From contig BQXS01012576.1 of assembly GCA_024181965.1 (NCBI GenBank), positions 1-37,478 of the forward strand: a stretch of 37,478 nt of DNA. The letters run 5' to 3'. The position numbers and the translations under genes are program-made. Position 1 is the first letter of the stretch, and each line of letters begins with the position of its first letter. Positions 11,847-21,643 of this stretch are shown piece after piece. The notes under the pieces are model-generated. The model worked only from the letters and a program-made list of their open reading frames with translations. It made no database searches and was not told the origin of the DNA. The DNA comes from Aduncisulcus paluster. Taxonomy: Eukaryota.

Positions 11847-12443
11847 ACAAACAAAAGAGCAATTTTCAACAGTTTTAAAATTCTGATGAGCATCATAGTA
11901 CAGTGATATAGCAAGGTGCCAGATACTTATCTCAAAAAAAATAAATGGATATATTCTATAAGTTATTCACTTTCAGCGTAGGCCCCAGCATCAATTAATA
12001 CATTTTTGACCCGAGATATCGTTTTCTCGTCGATTTGAGTCTCGCTCCAATTTTGGTGCCAGTGTCTGTCGATCTCGTCTGTTAAAGTATCTGGAGTCCA
12101 ATCTATAAAGAATAAAACAAAAAAAATAAACACATCAATAAAACAAACAAAAGAGCAATTTTCAACAGTTTTAAAATTCTGATGAGCATCATAGTACAGT
12201 GATATAGCAAGGTGCCAGATACTTATCTCAAAAAAAATAAATGGATATATTCTATAAGTTATTCACTTTCAGCGTAGGCCCCAGCATCAATTAATACATT
12301 TTTGACCCGAGATATCGTTTTCTCGTCGATTTGAGTCTCGCTCCAATTTTGGTGCCAGTGTCTGTCGATCTCGTCTGTTAAAGTATCTGGAGTCCAATCT
12401 ATAAAGAATAAAACAAAAAAAATAAACACATCAATAAAACAAA
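11847..12443. repeat. 296-bp perfect tandem duplication, no gap
   Basis: Copies at 11847-12142 and 12143-12438. Boundary homology tcaataa(t/a)acaaa at 11839-11851, 12135-12147 and 12431-12443. Confidence 0.95.
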
Positions 12444-12567
12444 TTAACTCTCAAATCATTATAAAAAACAATGATGTGTGAAATTGGAAATTAAACATAC
12501 CTTCAGACTTAAATTCTTCAAATTTATCATCTACAAATCCTATAGCGCGAGGTCTTGCTGATTCCAT
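12259..12567 (-). CDS. SEM1: SEM1/DSS1 family protein (26S proteasome lid subunit, BRCA2/TREX-2 partner), 68 aa, two exons (12567-12501, 12398-12259)
   Basis: Spliced translation MESARPRAIGFVDDKFEEFKSEDWTPDTLTDEIDRHWHQNWSETQIDEKTISRVKNVLIDAGAYAESE* matches the DSS1 pattern DDxFEEFxxEDW...WxxNW plus a C-terminal helix. The GT-AG intron keeps the frame. Not in the ORF track. Confidence 0.85.
12399..12500 (-). other. Spliceosomal intron (102 nt, phase 1) in SEM1/DSS1
   Basis: Donor GTATGT, U-rich body, acceptor ttctttatAG; splicing creates the conserved EDW motif. Confidence 0.85.
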
Positions 12568-12759
12568 GATATAAAATTAATTAAGTAACAAGAAACCGAG
12601 AACTTTGAACTTCGCTTTCAAAGCAGTAAGTTACTTAATCTGTAAAATCAAATTAATTGAACAAAACAAGATAAATTCAGCTAACTCTGAAAAAATGAAT
12701 TTTATTCCTCACACACACAAGAAAAAAAAAAAAAAAAAGAATCAGGAGAAATCAGCAAT

Positions 12760-15431
12760 CTATTCTTCTTCTACAACTTCGTCAATTGGTTTAAATAGAT
12801 CAACACCTTCATAATGAGTCACAATACAGAGACAATCGATCTGAGGATGGAAATGGCATTCTTTTGGATGGGGTACTCCTTGGTGGGGAAAAATTAGTTG
12901 GACAGGCAAAGACTCACCCATTTCTACGAGTTCTTCCTCCTCCTGAGCAGGATTTTCCTCCGATTCGCCAGACTCATCCTCTCCCTTTCCACGGAATCCC
13001 TTCTCCTCATCCTCTTCCTCGAATGATCTTCCGGCTCTCCCCATGAATTTCATTCTTCTCTGCCTCGTGCTCATGTCATCTTCCTCCTCATCTCCAACAG
13101 CGTCTGTCTCCTCAGCCTCTGCAGTGATATCCCACACAAAGACATTCCCACCTTCCTCACTGGATATGCAGAGACACACATCACTTGTGCTCCAAGCCAC
13201 TGAAGTAATTGGGGACGTGTGGAAAGATGACTGGAACACAAGGGAGGCAGTTAGAGACACTGATGTCGATGATGAAGATGTCATCAAGAGGGAGGGAATG
13301 TGCCAGACCTTGATTAGGCCGTCATCACCACCTGTGAGAAGAAGACAGGATGAATTGACGTAATCTTGGACTTCCTGGGGTTCAGATGACATAAATTGAC
13401 GAGAGATACGCTCACGACGAAGTTTACGTTCAGAGTCAGATTTCAAAGGTGTTATGGGCCCATTAAAAGTATTACTTCCCCAATCACACACATTGATATC
13501 GCCTTCATGGGCATCAGGAATAACGACAAGGGCAGTGTCACGCTTACGAGATAAGTCAAATAAGGCAATACATCCGCCTGATCCGACTCCTATGAACAGG
13601 TCATTGGAGAAAGGAGAGAAGACAACATCTTCACAACTTCCAGGCTTGCCGTATTGGTCAACAATGCCGGAATTGAACACACTGGACAATACAAAGCGAG
13701 CCTTTCTGGAGTGGTCAAAGTACTCTTTCTGTCTATTGACACCCGCTTGGCCTGCTTTGATTCTACTTCCTCTATCCCACGTGACACAGTCGATCACATA
13801 TATCATACCATTGCAATCCCCAACAACGAGACGACCGAATGATTCCCGACTCCATCTGATGGCATAACCTTCACAATCCTTCATCATAGAAAGCTCATAT
13901 ACGAGGTTTGGATTTGAACGAGAATCTTCTTCTTCTTCTTCATCCTCTGAATCTCCGCTTTCTTCCTCGCTTATAGACTTTCTCTTGGACTTTCTAGAGT
14001 GGGAGGAAGTCTTGGGTTTATCATCCAATCCCCACAACAGGGTACTTTCAAGAGCACCAATAAGCTCTGGGGTGGACTCACACACTTTCTCCCGGATTCC
14101 TTCCCCGTAATCACCCTTGAGAACGTCTTTAATCTTATTCCCGCAGTGGAATAGATGATTGGAGATATCATACACACGAATGACACCGAGTTCACTGATG
14201 CATGCGACTAACCAGGGTGCTTGAGGACACACAGCAAGTCTATTCACACAACCGTGGTGATGAATATATCTAGACATGACAACGGCATCGTCATCGTTCT
14301 CCCCTTCTTCCAGCTCTTTCTCTAGGCCCATGGATGCAGTGAGAGACTTGCCTTTCTTGCCCTTCCTGCCTTTCTCCTTCTTCGTCTTGATGTACATGCT
14401 CGCTTCGCTGTCAAGATCAATCTCTTTCATGTCATCAGTGGTACGTTGGATATTATTGACACCACAGATAATAATACTATTGTCCTTGGCTTTCTCGGCT
14501 TGAGTTCCAAGGACAAAGGAGAAGGAATGCGGGAATAGCGTAGAACGATATTGAGACATCAAATAGTTAACAGATTGCTGGTATTTGGAGGCAAGGGATC
14601 TTTCATCGCCAGATATTTCCTCTTGCTCGCTCTTTTCACTATCATCTTGGGCATCTTCATCCACAAAGACACGATGATCTGGGAGGAATGAGCATGACAA
14701 GCATGACCAATCGGTGTTTAGTCGGTAAAAAGATGTGTATGCGCCGCTGTCTCTCTCCATTTCTCCATGTTGTGGTGCTTTGGGATGGTGTGTGTGAGTT
14801 GTAAATTTGTCTTTCTCGAGATCTTCCTGAGCTAATTTATCAAATTCTTTCTTTGTCATCGGATCTTGGCCAATGGTGGATTCCTCTCCAACCTCCTCCT
14901 TGAAGATAGAGAGACACTGCTGGTAGGGGACACTAATTTGATGGGAAAGCTCTTTCAAAGCAATTTTTTTCTCTTTTATAATACGCATATACTGTTCATA
15001 CGATATTCCATGGGATTTGGCCTTGTCTTGACGCTTTTTGGCAAGACGTTGCTTTTGGCGTTTTCTACGAGCTGATCTGGATTGTTTTTGGCCAAATGAA
15101 TCAATTTTAGAAACATTGGCGGGAGAAAAGATATCCTTTTCATCAGATAACTCCTGATCAAGTTCATCAAGAACATCCATATTAACTCCAACTCCTTCTT
15201 TCTCCAGGAATGAGTCAATTTTCTCACCAGAGATCTGAATATCGGAAGTTCCACCTTCGTATTTTAATTCTTCTTCCTCTTTATGGTCAGATTTCTTTGA
15301 AACATGCCTTTTAGAAGGTTCAGCGATGGGTTTGGAACTAAATTGAAAAATGTTAACGATAAGGACAAATATATAATAAATAGATCTATAGATAGCACAA
15401 TTAATTGAAAAACGTACCCTCGTCTTTTCAT
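12760..15431 (-). CDS. RRB1: RRB1/GRWD1-like glutamate-rich WD40 protein (ribosome assembly), ~863 aa with long insertions; exons 15431-15418 and 15337-12760
   Basis: N-terminal AYTSFYRLNTDWSCLS...GTQAEKAKDNSI; WD repeats HHGCVNRL, SCEDVVFSP, AHEGDINVCDW, LTGGDDGLIKVW, FHTSPITSVAW; family-typical C-terminus LPVQLIFPHQG..KECHFHPQ. Confidence 0.88.
15338..15417 (-). other. Predicted spliceosomal intron (80 nt, phase 2) near the RRB1 start
   Basis: ATG at 15431 gives MKRR+gg, donor GTACGT, gttaac branch-like motif, acceptor caatttAG. Splicing joins in frame to SKPIAEP and replaces the non-ATG, AT-rich N-terminus of the ORF-track model. Confidence 0.75.
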
Positions 15432-15732
15432 TTCGCCTCAAATATTATCTACACGTCTCAATCATCTGTAATATGAATATTGTCTCGTTTTATAGGCTTG
15501 GTTTGATGTACTGGTTAGTTTACGATAAGAATTGTAGATAATATTGGGATGATCTCAACTATTTGTCGCCTTACATGAAAATTCCAAGGACATCCCAGAT
15601 TGTGGATATCTTTGTAATTCAAAAATAAAAGAGATTGAAAATATTACTGTAGTGATAGATAATTGTATTAGATATTGAGTCTCAATAAGAATTCAAACTT
15701 GAAAATGAAATCAAGTCTTTTGTGTTAATAGA

Positions 15733-16425
15733 ATGAAAAAGGAGAGAGAATTACTCTATTTACGGAGTAAGATTAGGTTTATGGAGATTTATTTGGAATA
15801 TAAAAGGAAATTGTTCCATGATAAACTTCAAGAAATGAAAAGAATGGAAGAAGAAGGATATTGTGGACCAACTGCCACTTCTAAAAAGGATCCTCGGTCA
15901 AAAAGAATGCCTATTATGGATAAAAGGTTATACCGCGCAGCCTTATCTGTTCTTCCAAAGCCAATACACTATCAAGGAAAAGAGTATTTTCCCATGGTAA
16001 ATCTATCTTCATACGAGTGTAAAATATCAAAAGATCAATCAGCAATTATAGAATCATGTTGTGATTCCCCTCATAAACTTGAAAAATTGATGGATTCTTC
16101 AAGTAGAGTCAAATCCTTATTATTATCTAAAGACAGGTCATTTTCAGATCTACCATATATTCAACCGTTTCATATTCAAAAAAATTTAAGCACTCACTCG
16201 AGTAAGAGTTCAAGTTTACAGTCCAGTCGGCGATCTAGCCTCTCTGGGAAAACATCCTCCGATTTCTATGATCCTACTTCAACTGTTGTGGAGGCTATCA
16301 TGGGTTTAGATCTTGCTGATAGTGAAATCAATTCGAAAGAGGCCATTGTTCCACCAATATCTTCATATATTAGCCGCAGTTCAGCAATAGATATTCTCTT
16401 TGGTTCCATTAGTGCCAAAAAATGA
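15733..16425 (+). CDS. Hypothetical protein (230 aa)
   Basis: ATG-initiated ORF with a helical/charged N-terminus and Ser-rich C-terminal half; no recognised domain. Confidence 0.65.
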   Translation: MKKERELLYLRSKIRFMEIYLEYKRKLFHDKLQEMKRMEEEGYCGPTATSKKDPRSKRMPIMDKRLYRAALSVLPKPIHYQGKEYFPMVNLSSYECKISKDQSAIIESCCDSPHKLEKLMDSSSRVKSLLLSKDRSFSDLPYIQPFHIQKNLSTHSSKSSSLQSSRRSSLSGKTSSDFYDPTSTVVEAIMGLDLADSEINSKEAIVPPISSYISRSSAIDILFGSISAKK

Positions 16426-16615
16426 AAAGAAAAGAAAAAAAATTGTGACGAATTCATGAACTTCTAATATTATTATATAGACAATAAATGAAATTATTTC
16501 TGATGAATTTGGAATATTATTTTAAATTCCTTTTTTCGGAGCGTTCAAAGGAATAATATTCTTCTTGGTACCAAATATAAAAATATAACATTTAAACGGA
16601 AAATAATAACTTATT

Positions 16616-19600
16616 ATGGAGAGATTATCCCTCCATGATGCTCAACCAATTTTGACACCACAAAGCACTACTTTTCGAAAGGGAAGTTATTTTTTACTAA
16701 AAACTACATTAAAAAATGGATTTGGAATATATTGTAGTGAAAAGGAAACAATTTTACCAATTGATTTTCCCACCAGATTTCAACTTGTTCCATATAATCG
16801 AGTATTCTGTTCCTTTTCAGCTAGTGACTCCAATCGGTGTTTGGTAGATTGTTTTTTACATGATTCCAAAGATCTTGACCATTATTCCTCGAGATATCAT
16901 CTTATTCTATTTGATATTGATTCTCTGTCGTGTGAGATCATCCTGTCAGACAATATTCGTCTTATTTCTTCAATAGGATCAGATGAATTGGGTATTTTAT
17001 ATGCCCCATTTGGGAAGTTAGATTGTTCTATAATGAGATATGATTTAGAATCGAAGAAATCCTTTCATTTCATACATTCTGTTTCAAACATTTCTCATAT
17101 TGTGATTCTTCCAGGTGATTACATTTGCATATGTTGTATGAAAAATGATTTGGAAGATCATTGTCCAATTTTTCATCTCTACCAAAAAGGAGTTTGTTTG
17201 TGGAGATTTTCTAGTGATATTCCTATCAAAATGGCTAAATATTCGATTCCTCATCCAATCAATAGCCATATTGTATGTATTCATGCTGTTGAACGGTATT
17301 CTGATACCATTACCTTCATTGTCGATTGGTTTGAGCAAAAAGTTCTTTGTTTCTTTCGTGGAATGAATGTTCCTTCTTTTTCAAATGATGGAAATTTCAT
17401 TGCTTTCTATTCGTCAACTCATCAACGGTATGTTATTCATCGTTGTGATATCAAGAATGATAACTTTGATGAAGTTTTTCACTCTGAATTGATCCCCAAA
17501 CACATTGGTCATTCTTACCAACCCCAGAATATATGCAAGGACTTGTTTATATTTCCTCAAAGTAATGGATTTATCGGGGTCGTTTCACTTATTTCATGGA
17601 GATATGGTCGTATTGGGGTTGGGGAGTCATGGAATGGTTTGATTATTCCTAAACATCAAAATATGCAGAAGAAATTTAATTATTTGGCCAAAGAAAAATT
17701 GGATTATGAATATTTTTATGTTCTTCCAATCTCCCCATTGTTTTCCTCGCTTCCTTTACTCACGCTCAGGCTTGATAGTCACCTCGAATGTTTGTCTCTA
17801 CAAGAGATGGCCCTATTCCCATTCCCTTCCTTAAAGAATGATATTCACTCTAGATTGGGAACCTTTTGTCTTCTTTCACAATATAACGGAAAGAAGTATC
17901 GAGTTGTTGCATATAACACCAAACAGCAGAAAATAATCAATTTCCATGATATTGAGCGGATTACGAAAAAGATATCAGAATCCAGTTCTCTTGATTACCT
18001 TGAAAGTTTTGAATTCGCCCAAGTCCAAGCATCAGGCTTAAATCAACATGACACACCTCGGTGTCAACGCCATGTTGATTATGATGATTGTATATATCCT
18101 GTGTGTAAGGCTCTACAGTGTAATAGCGAAGGTGATAGTTTATTCGACATTGAGTCTCCTGAGCGATGTAATTCTTCAATGTCTGTTTGTGGAAGGTTTT
18201 GTATTTTGTGTGCTTATGTTGGAGGGGGAAAGTATTCAATCCAAGTTTTTGATTTTGTTCAAGGCGTTCGTATGGTGATCAGAGATGGATTATCCCAACC
18301 TCACACAGTGTCTGTTCTTTATGAAAAGGAATTAAATTGCCTTGAAATATGTTATTATCCCGAGCGGTCTTCACTCGCTTCGATTTACTTATATCAAATA
18401 TATTTCTTCCAAAAATGTCCCTCTTCATATGATGTTTCTCAAGATTCTTCAGCTGTCTCCAACTTTTCCTCGTGTTATGGAGAATCTGAGGAGTTATTCA
18501 AATTTTACGGCTCTGAATCGATATTTGAAAGTAGTGATCACGATACTCACGACTCGCATGATTCATATTCATTTTATTCCATCGAACTAGAGACAATAAT
18601 TGATAATCTTTCGCCAATATCACACATTATTCTCTCACTTGGGTGGATAGTAGTGTTTGACGGATCAGTGAATTCATTTTCCACTTCTCCTTCGATCTCA
18701 GTTCTTTCTCGGGATGGAACAAAGTTATTCTCAACCTCTAATAATGGGGGTGTTAAGTTCAAGCCCAAAATAATTGAACTTGATGTTGATTTTTTAAAGA
18801 GTGCGGATGATGAATCGATTGAGAAACATTCAGACCAATCTTGCAGTACTGATGATCCTGTTGAGGTCAATCCAATGAGTCTTCTTCGATTGATTGCATG
18901 TTCTATTTATAAATCTGATTTTGAGAGTTTTTTGTTTATTCTCAATCCTGATTCCCATTTCCATATTGAAATTCCGAAAGCTTCGTATCCCTCGTTTTCC
19001 CCTTCAAACGAGTATCTTTTATATTCCACGCCGAAATCGGTTGTTGTATTCAGCATTATTGAAATGAATGAAATTTATGAAGTTTATTATGATGATGATG
19101 ATCGAGGAATAAGGGAGGCTCGTTTTATTATTGGCAGTAACGATCTTTTCTATTTTATTCAGAATTCAAAGTTATCAATCGCTTCTATTTCCAAAAGGAT
19201 GTGCAAAACCATCCCTCTGGTTTCTTTTTCGTCTTTGTGTCAAATAATTCCAATTTTTCCTGGGGCTTATTCAATCTGTCGCGGGGAGTGTTTTGACACT
19301 TTGATAAGTTCCAAGATTATCAATTCATTTGATGAGGAAGACTCATCTGATTATTCTAAGGTTTCTCCGATTCGTTTGCATGAAGGAATAAGAGGAATCA
19401 GAGGTGAATCTCGAAAAATGTATGATGATTTTAGTGGAGCGCTTTTTTGTGTTGAATCAAACCTTTGTCCTTTCTATCCTTCTCTCAGTGCATGCATAGA
19501 TGCTAAGGATATTATTTCTTCAACAATTAGTCGATATTCTTTTTTGTTATTCCATCCTTTTGTTCTCTCTTGCTCTGAACTGGTCGAGAACATTATATTT

Positions 19601-20089
19601 CAAATTATTCAACATCTATCGTCATGTTCTGACTCTTCAGTTCAGCTTCACCCACAATATATTCAAAGATCCATCTCTAAACTTATCCATAACACTCAAA
19701 GTACCCATAATTCCTTGATATTGGGAGACATTGGTGTTCAAGAATATGTAGAACCCGAAGAATTCAGCCAAATGCAGCTAAAATCTGGTATATTATCGCC
19801 AATTTCATCCTCGCCACTAAGTGATCGATCAATTCGATTAAATCATCCAATGATTCAGGCTTTTGTCGATAACAATTCTAATTTGCTTGATATTTTTGTA
19901 AAAAATGGAATATATCCCCTGAACCCAAGAATTTATATACCAAAACTCCATTATATTGATATTTTCAATGTTCAATTTCCATTTTCTGTCTTATTCAAGC
20001 TCTTGGATTGTGATAAGAAAAAGATCAGAATGTACTATGATATTATGGAAATATTGCTATATTCTCAGGTAGAATCAATATTTTGTTAA
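16616..20089 (+). CDS. Large hypothetical protein (1157 aa), probable tandem beta-propellers
   Basis: 3.5-kb uninterrupted ORF rich in short beta-strand patterns. TolB/PD40-like blades PSFSNDGNFIAF and PSFSPSNEYLLY. Confidence 0.8.
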   Translation: MERLSLHDAQPILTPQSTTFRKGSYFLLKTTLKNGFGIYCSEKETILPIDFPTRFQLVPYNRVFCSFSASDSNRCLVDCFLHDSKDLDHYSSRYHLILFDIDSLSCEIILSDNIRLISSIGSDELGILYAPFGKLDCSIMRYDLESKKSFHFIHSVSNISHIVILPGDYICICCMKNDLEDHCPIFHLYQKGVCLWRFSSDIPIKMAKYSIPHPINSHIVCIHAVERYSDTITFIVDWFEQKVLCFFRGMNVPSFSNDGNFIAFYSSTHQRYVIHRCDIKNDNFDEVFHSELIPKHIGHSYQPQNICKDLFIFPQSNGFIGVVSLISWRYGRIGVGESWNGLIIPKHQNMQKKFNYLAKEKLDYEYFYVLPISPLFSSLPLLTLRLDSHLECLSLQEMALFPFPSLKNDIHSRLGTFCLLSQYNGKKYRVVAYNTKQQKIINFHDIERITKKISESSSLDYLESFEFAQVQASGLNQHDTPRCQRHVDYDDCIYPVCKALQCNSEGDSLFDIESPERCNSSMSVCGRFCILCAYVGGGKYSIQVFDFVQGVRMVIRDGLSQPHTVSVLYEKELNCLEICYYPERSSLASIYLYQIYFFQKCPSSYDVSQDSSAVSNFSSCYGESEELFKFYGSESIFESSDHDTHDSHDSYSFYSIELETIIDNLSPISHIILSLGWIVVFDGSVNSFSTSPSISVLSRDGTKLFSTSNNGGVKFKPKIIELDVDFLKSADDESIEKHSDQSCSTDDPVEVNPMSLLRLIACSIYKSDFESFLFILNPDSHFHIEIPKASYPSFSPSNEYLLYSTPKSVVVFSIIEMNEIYEVYYDDDDRGIREARFIIGSNDLFYFIQNSKLSIASISKRMCKTIPLVSFSSLCQIIPIFPGAYSICRGECFDTLISSKIINSFDEEDSSDYSKVSPIRLHEGIRGIRGESRKMYDDFSGALFCVESNLCPFYPSLSACIDAKDIISSTISRYSFLLFHPFVLSCSELVENIIFQIIQHLSSCSDSSVQLHPQYIQRSISKLIHNTQSTHNSLILGDIGVQEYVEPEEFSQMQLKSGILSPISSSPLSDRSIRLNHPMIQAFVDNNSNLLDIFVKNGIYPLNPRIYIPKLHYIDIFNVQFPFSVLFKLLDCDKKKIRMYYDIMEILLYSQVESIFC

Positions 20090-20316
20090 TAATTTTGTTT
20101 ATTTATTTCACGGTAATACAAAAAAAAGAGAACTTATCATCAATATTAAATCCAATCTTCCCCGTTATAGCACTCCATGGGTTGATTCGAGCAAATTTGG
20201 AATAATACTATAAACTGATATCATTAAGCATAAAGTAAAAATAATTATCTTGACAAAAGGTGGTCAACCAATAATAATCAAACAAAAAAAGGGAGAAAAC
20301 GGGAGAATTTGTTATT

Positions 20317-21272
20317 TTAGTAAAATCCAGACTTGCCAGATTTCACAACACATTTTTCTTCAAATGGTTGAACTTTCCATCCGTTTCCATTGTGAACAGC
20401 ACCAACGGGGCAACCAAATTCACAGGTAAAGCATCCAATGCATTGTTTGGGCCTTGTTACAACGACAAGCTTCTTGGAGAGTTTCTTTTCACGTCTTTCA
20501 GTGGGATCCTCTGTACGATCCACCAAATCAAAAACATTGTAAGGACATTCACGGAAACATTTTCCACATCCTGTACAGATATCTGTCTCAATAACAGGAG
20601 GAAAAGAACTGTAAGAACGCATAGCACCAGGAGTACAGATTTTTCCAACAGCTTTCATAAATAATCCTCCGGAGGGAGACTTTGGTGCAGGAGTTTTCTT
20701 AATGATGCCATCAATAGCAATTTTGGCATTCACATCGATAAGAGAATACTCTTTAGGACCCCAATGAGCAGATCCAGATTCAAATTTGGAAGCACTCTTT
20801 GTATGGATATAAGGAGCTACCACAACAAAGTAATGAGCAATATATCCGTGTTTAGGAGCAAGGATTTCTGATGCATGCTTGAAAAAGAGAGACTTCTTAG
20901 ATCCACCACTGGTACTGAAAAAAACACAAGGCTTGTTTCCAAGATCTGGAATTCTTGGGGACATCATAATTTCTTGGGTAATTAAAGGTTCTTGGAAACC
21001 CCATACGGGAGCTCCAAAACAGAACCCGTCAAAATCATCAGAATTGAAGAGAGGGGTTTCTGGGCCACGGAGGGCCTTGTTAAGAGAGAATTCTTTCACT
21101 GAATGACCCATTGCACTAAAGATTCGGCCCATTTCCTGAGCGACATGCTTTGTGTATCCGGTAAAGGAATTGTAGAGGATTGCAATCTGAATAAAGAATG
21201 AATATAGTTAATAAAACAGGGTAACAAATAATATCATGGAAATAATAAAAATGGGTACCATACTCTAACCAT
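20317..21272 (-). CDS. Flavodoxin-like + 2x[4Fe-4S] ferredoxin fusion (EFR1-type architecture), 292 aa; exons 21272-21264 and 21186-20317
   Basis: Spliced N-terminus MVR|IAILYNSFTGYTKHVAQEM contains the flavodoxin S-x-T-G-x-T phosphate loop, followed by GFCFGAPVW and VFFSTSGG. Two CxxCxxCxxxCP motifs (CTGCGKCFRECP, CIGCFTCEFGCP). Confidence 0.9.
21187..21263 (-). other. Spliceosomal intron (77 nt, phase 0) after codon 3 of the flavodoxin-ferredoxin gene
   Basis: Donor GTATGG, tattaac branch-like motif, acceptor tttattcAG; supplies an ATG for the first flavodoxin strand. Confidence 0.85.
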
Positions 21273-21643
21273 TGTGTAAGCAAAAGAAAGCTAGCGGCTT
21301 ATGCCAGTCACGTTCAACGAAGTGAGTCACTTGATTCAAGAATTCATGTCTTTCATGATTAGACAAATTGAGGATTCTGACTTTGATATCAAGAATATTA
21401 TTCATAATTCATATCAATTATCCTATCAAATTGAAAGATATTACACATTATCATGCAGAACTGATGAATTCACCAATAAGTGGATTAATTCACTGAAATA
21501 TGATTTTACAAAAAATAATATTGAGTGAATGAGGAATATTATGCATAACAATGGAAGTAATAATGCGATATTTAGAGTTTTCAAAAAAGCAAAAACTCAA
21601 ATAGTACATCTTCAATTTGACACAAGTAACAAACAATACAAAC

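Noticed and set aside
21301-21528. 75-aa ORF between divergent genes
   Set aside because: Short, AT-rich, no homology recognised; occupies the probable shared promoter.
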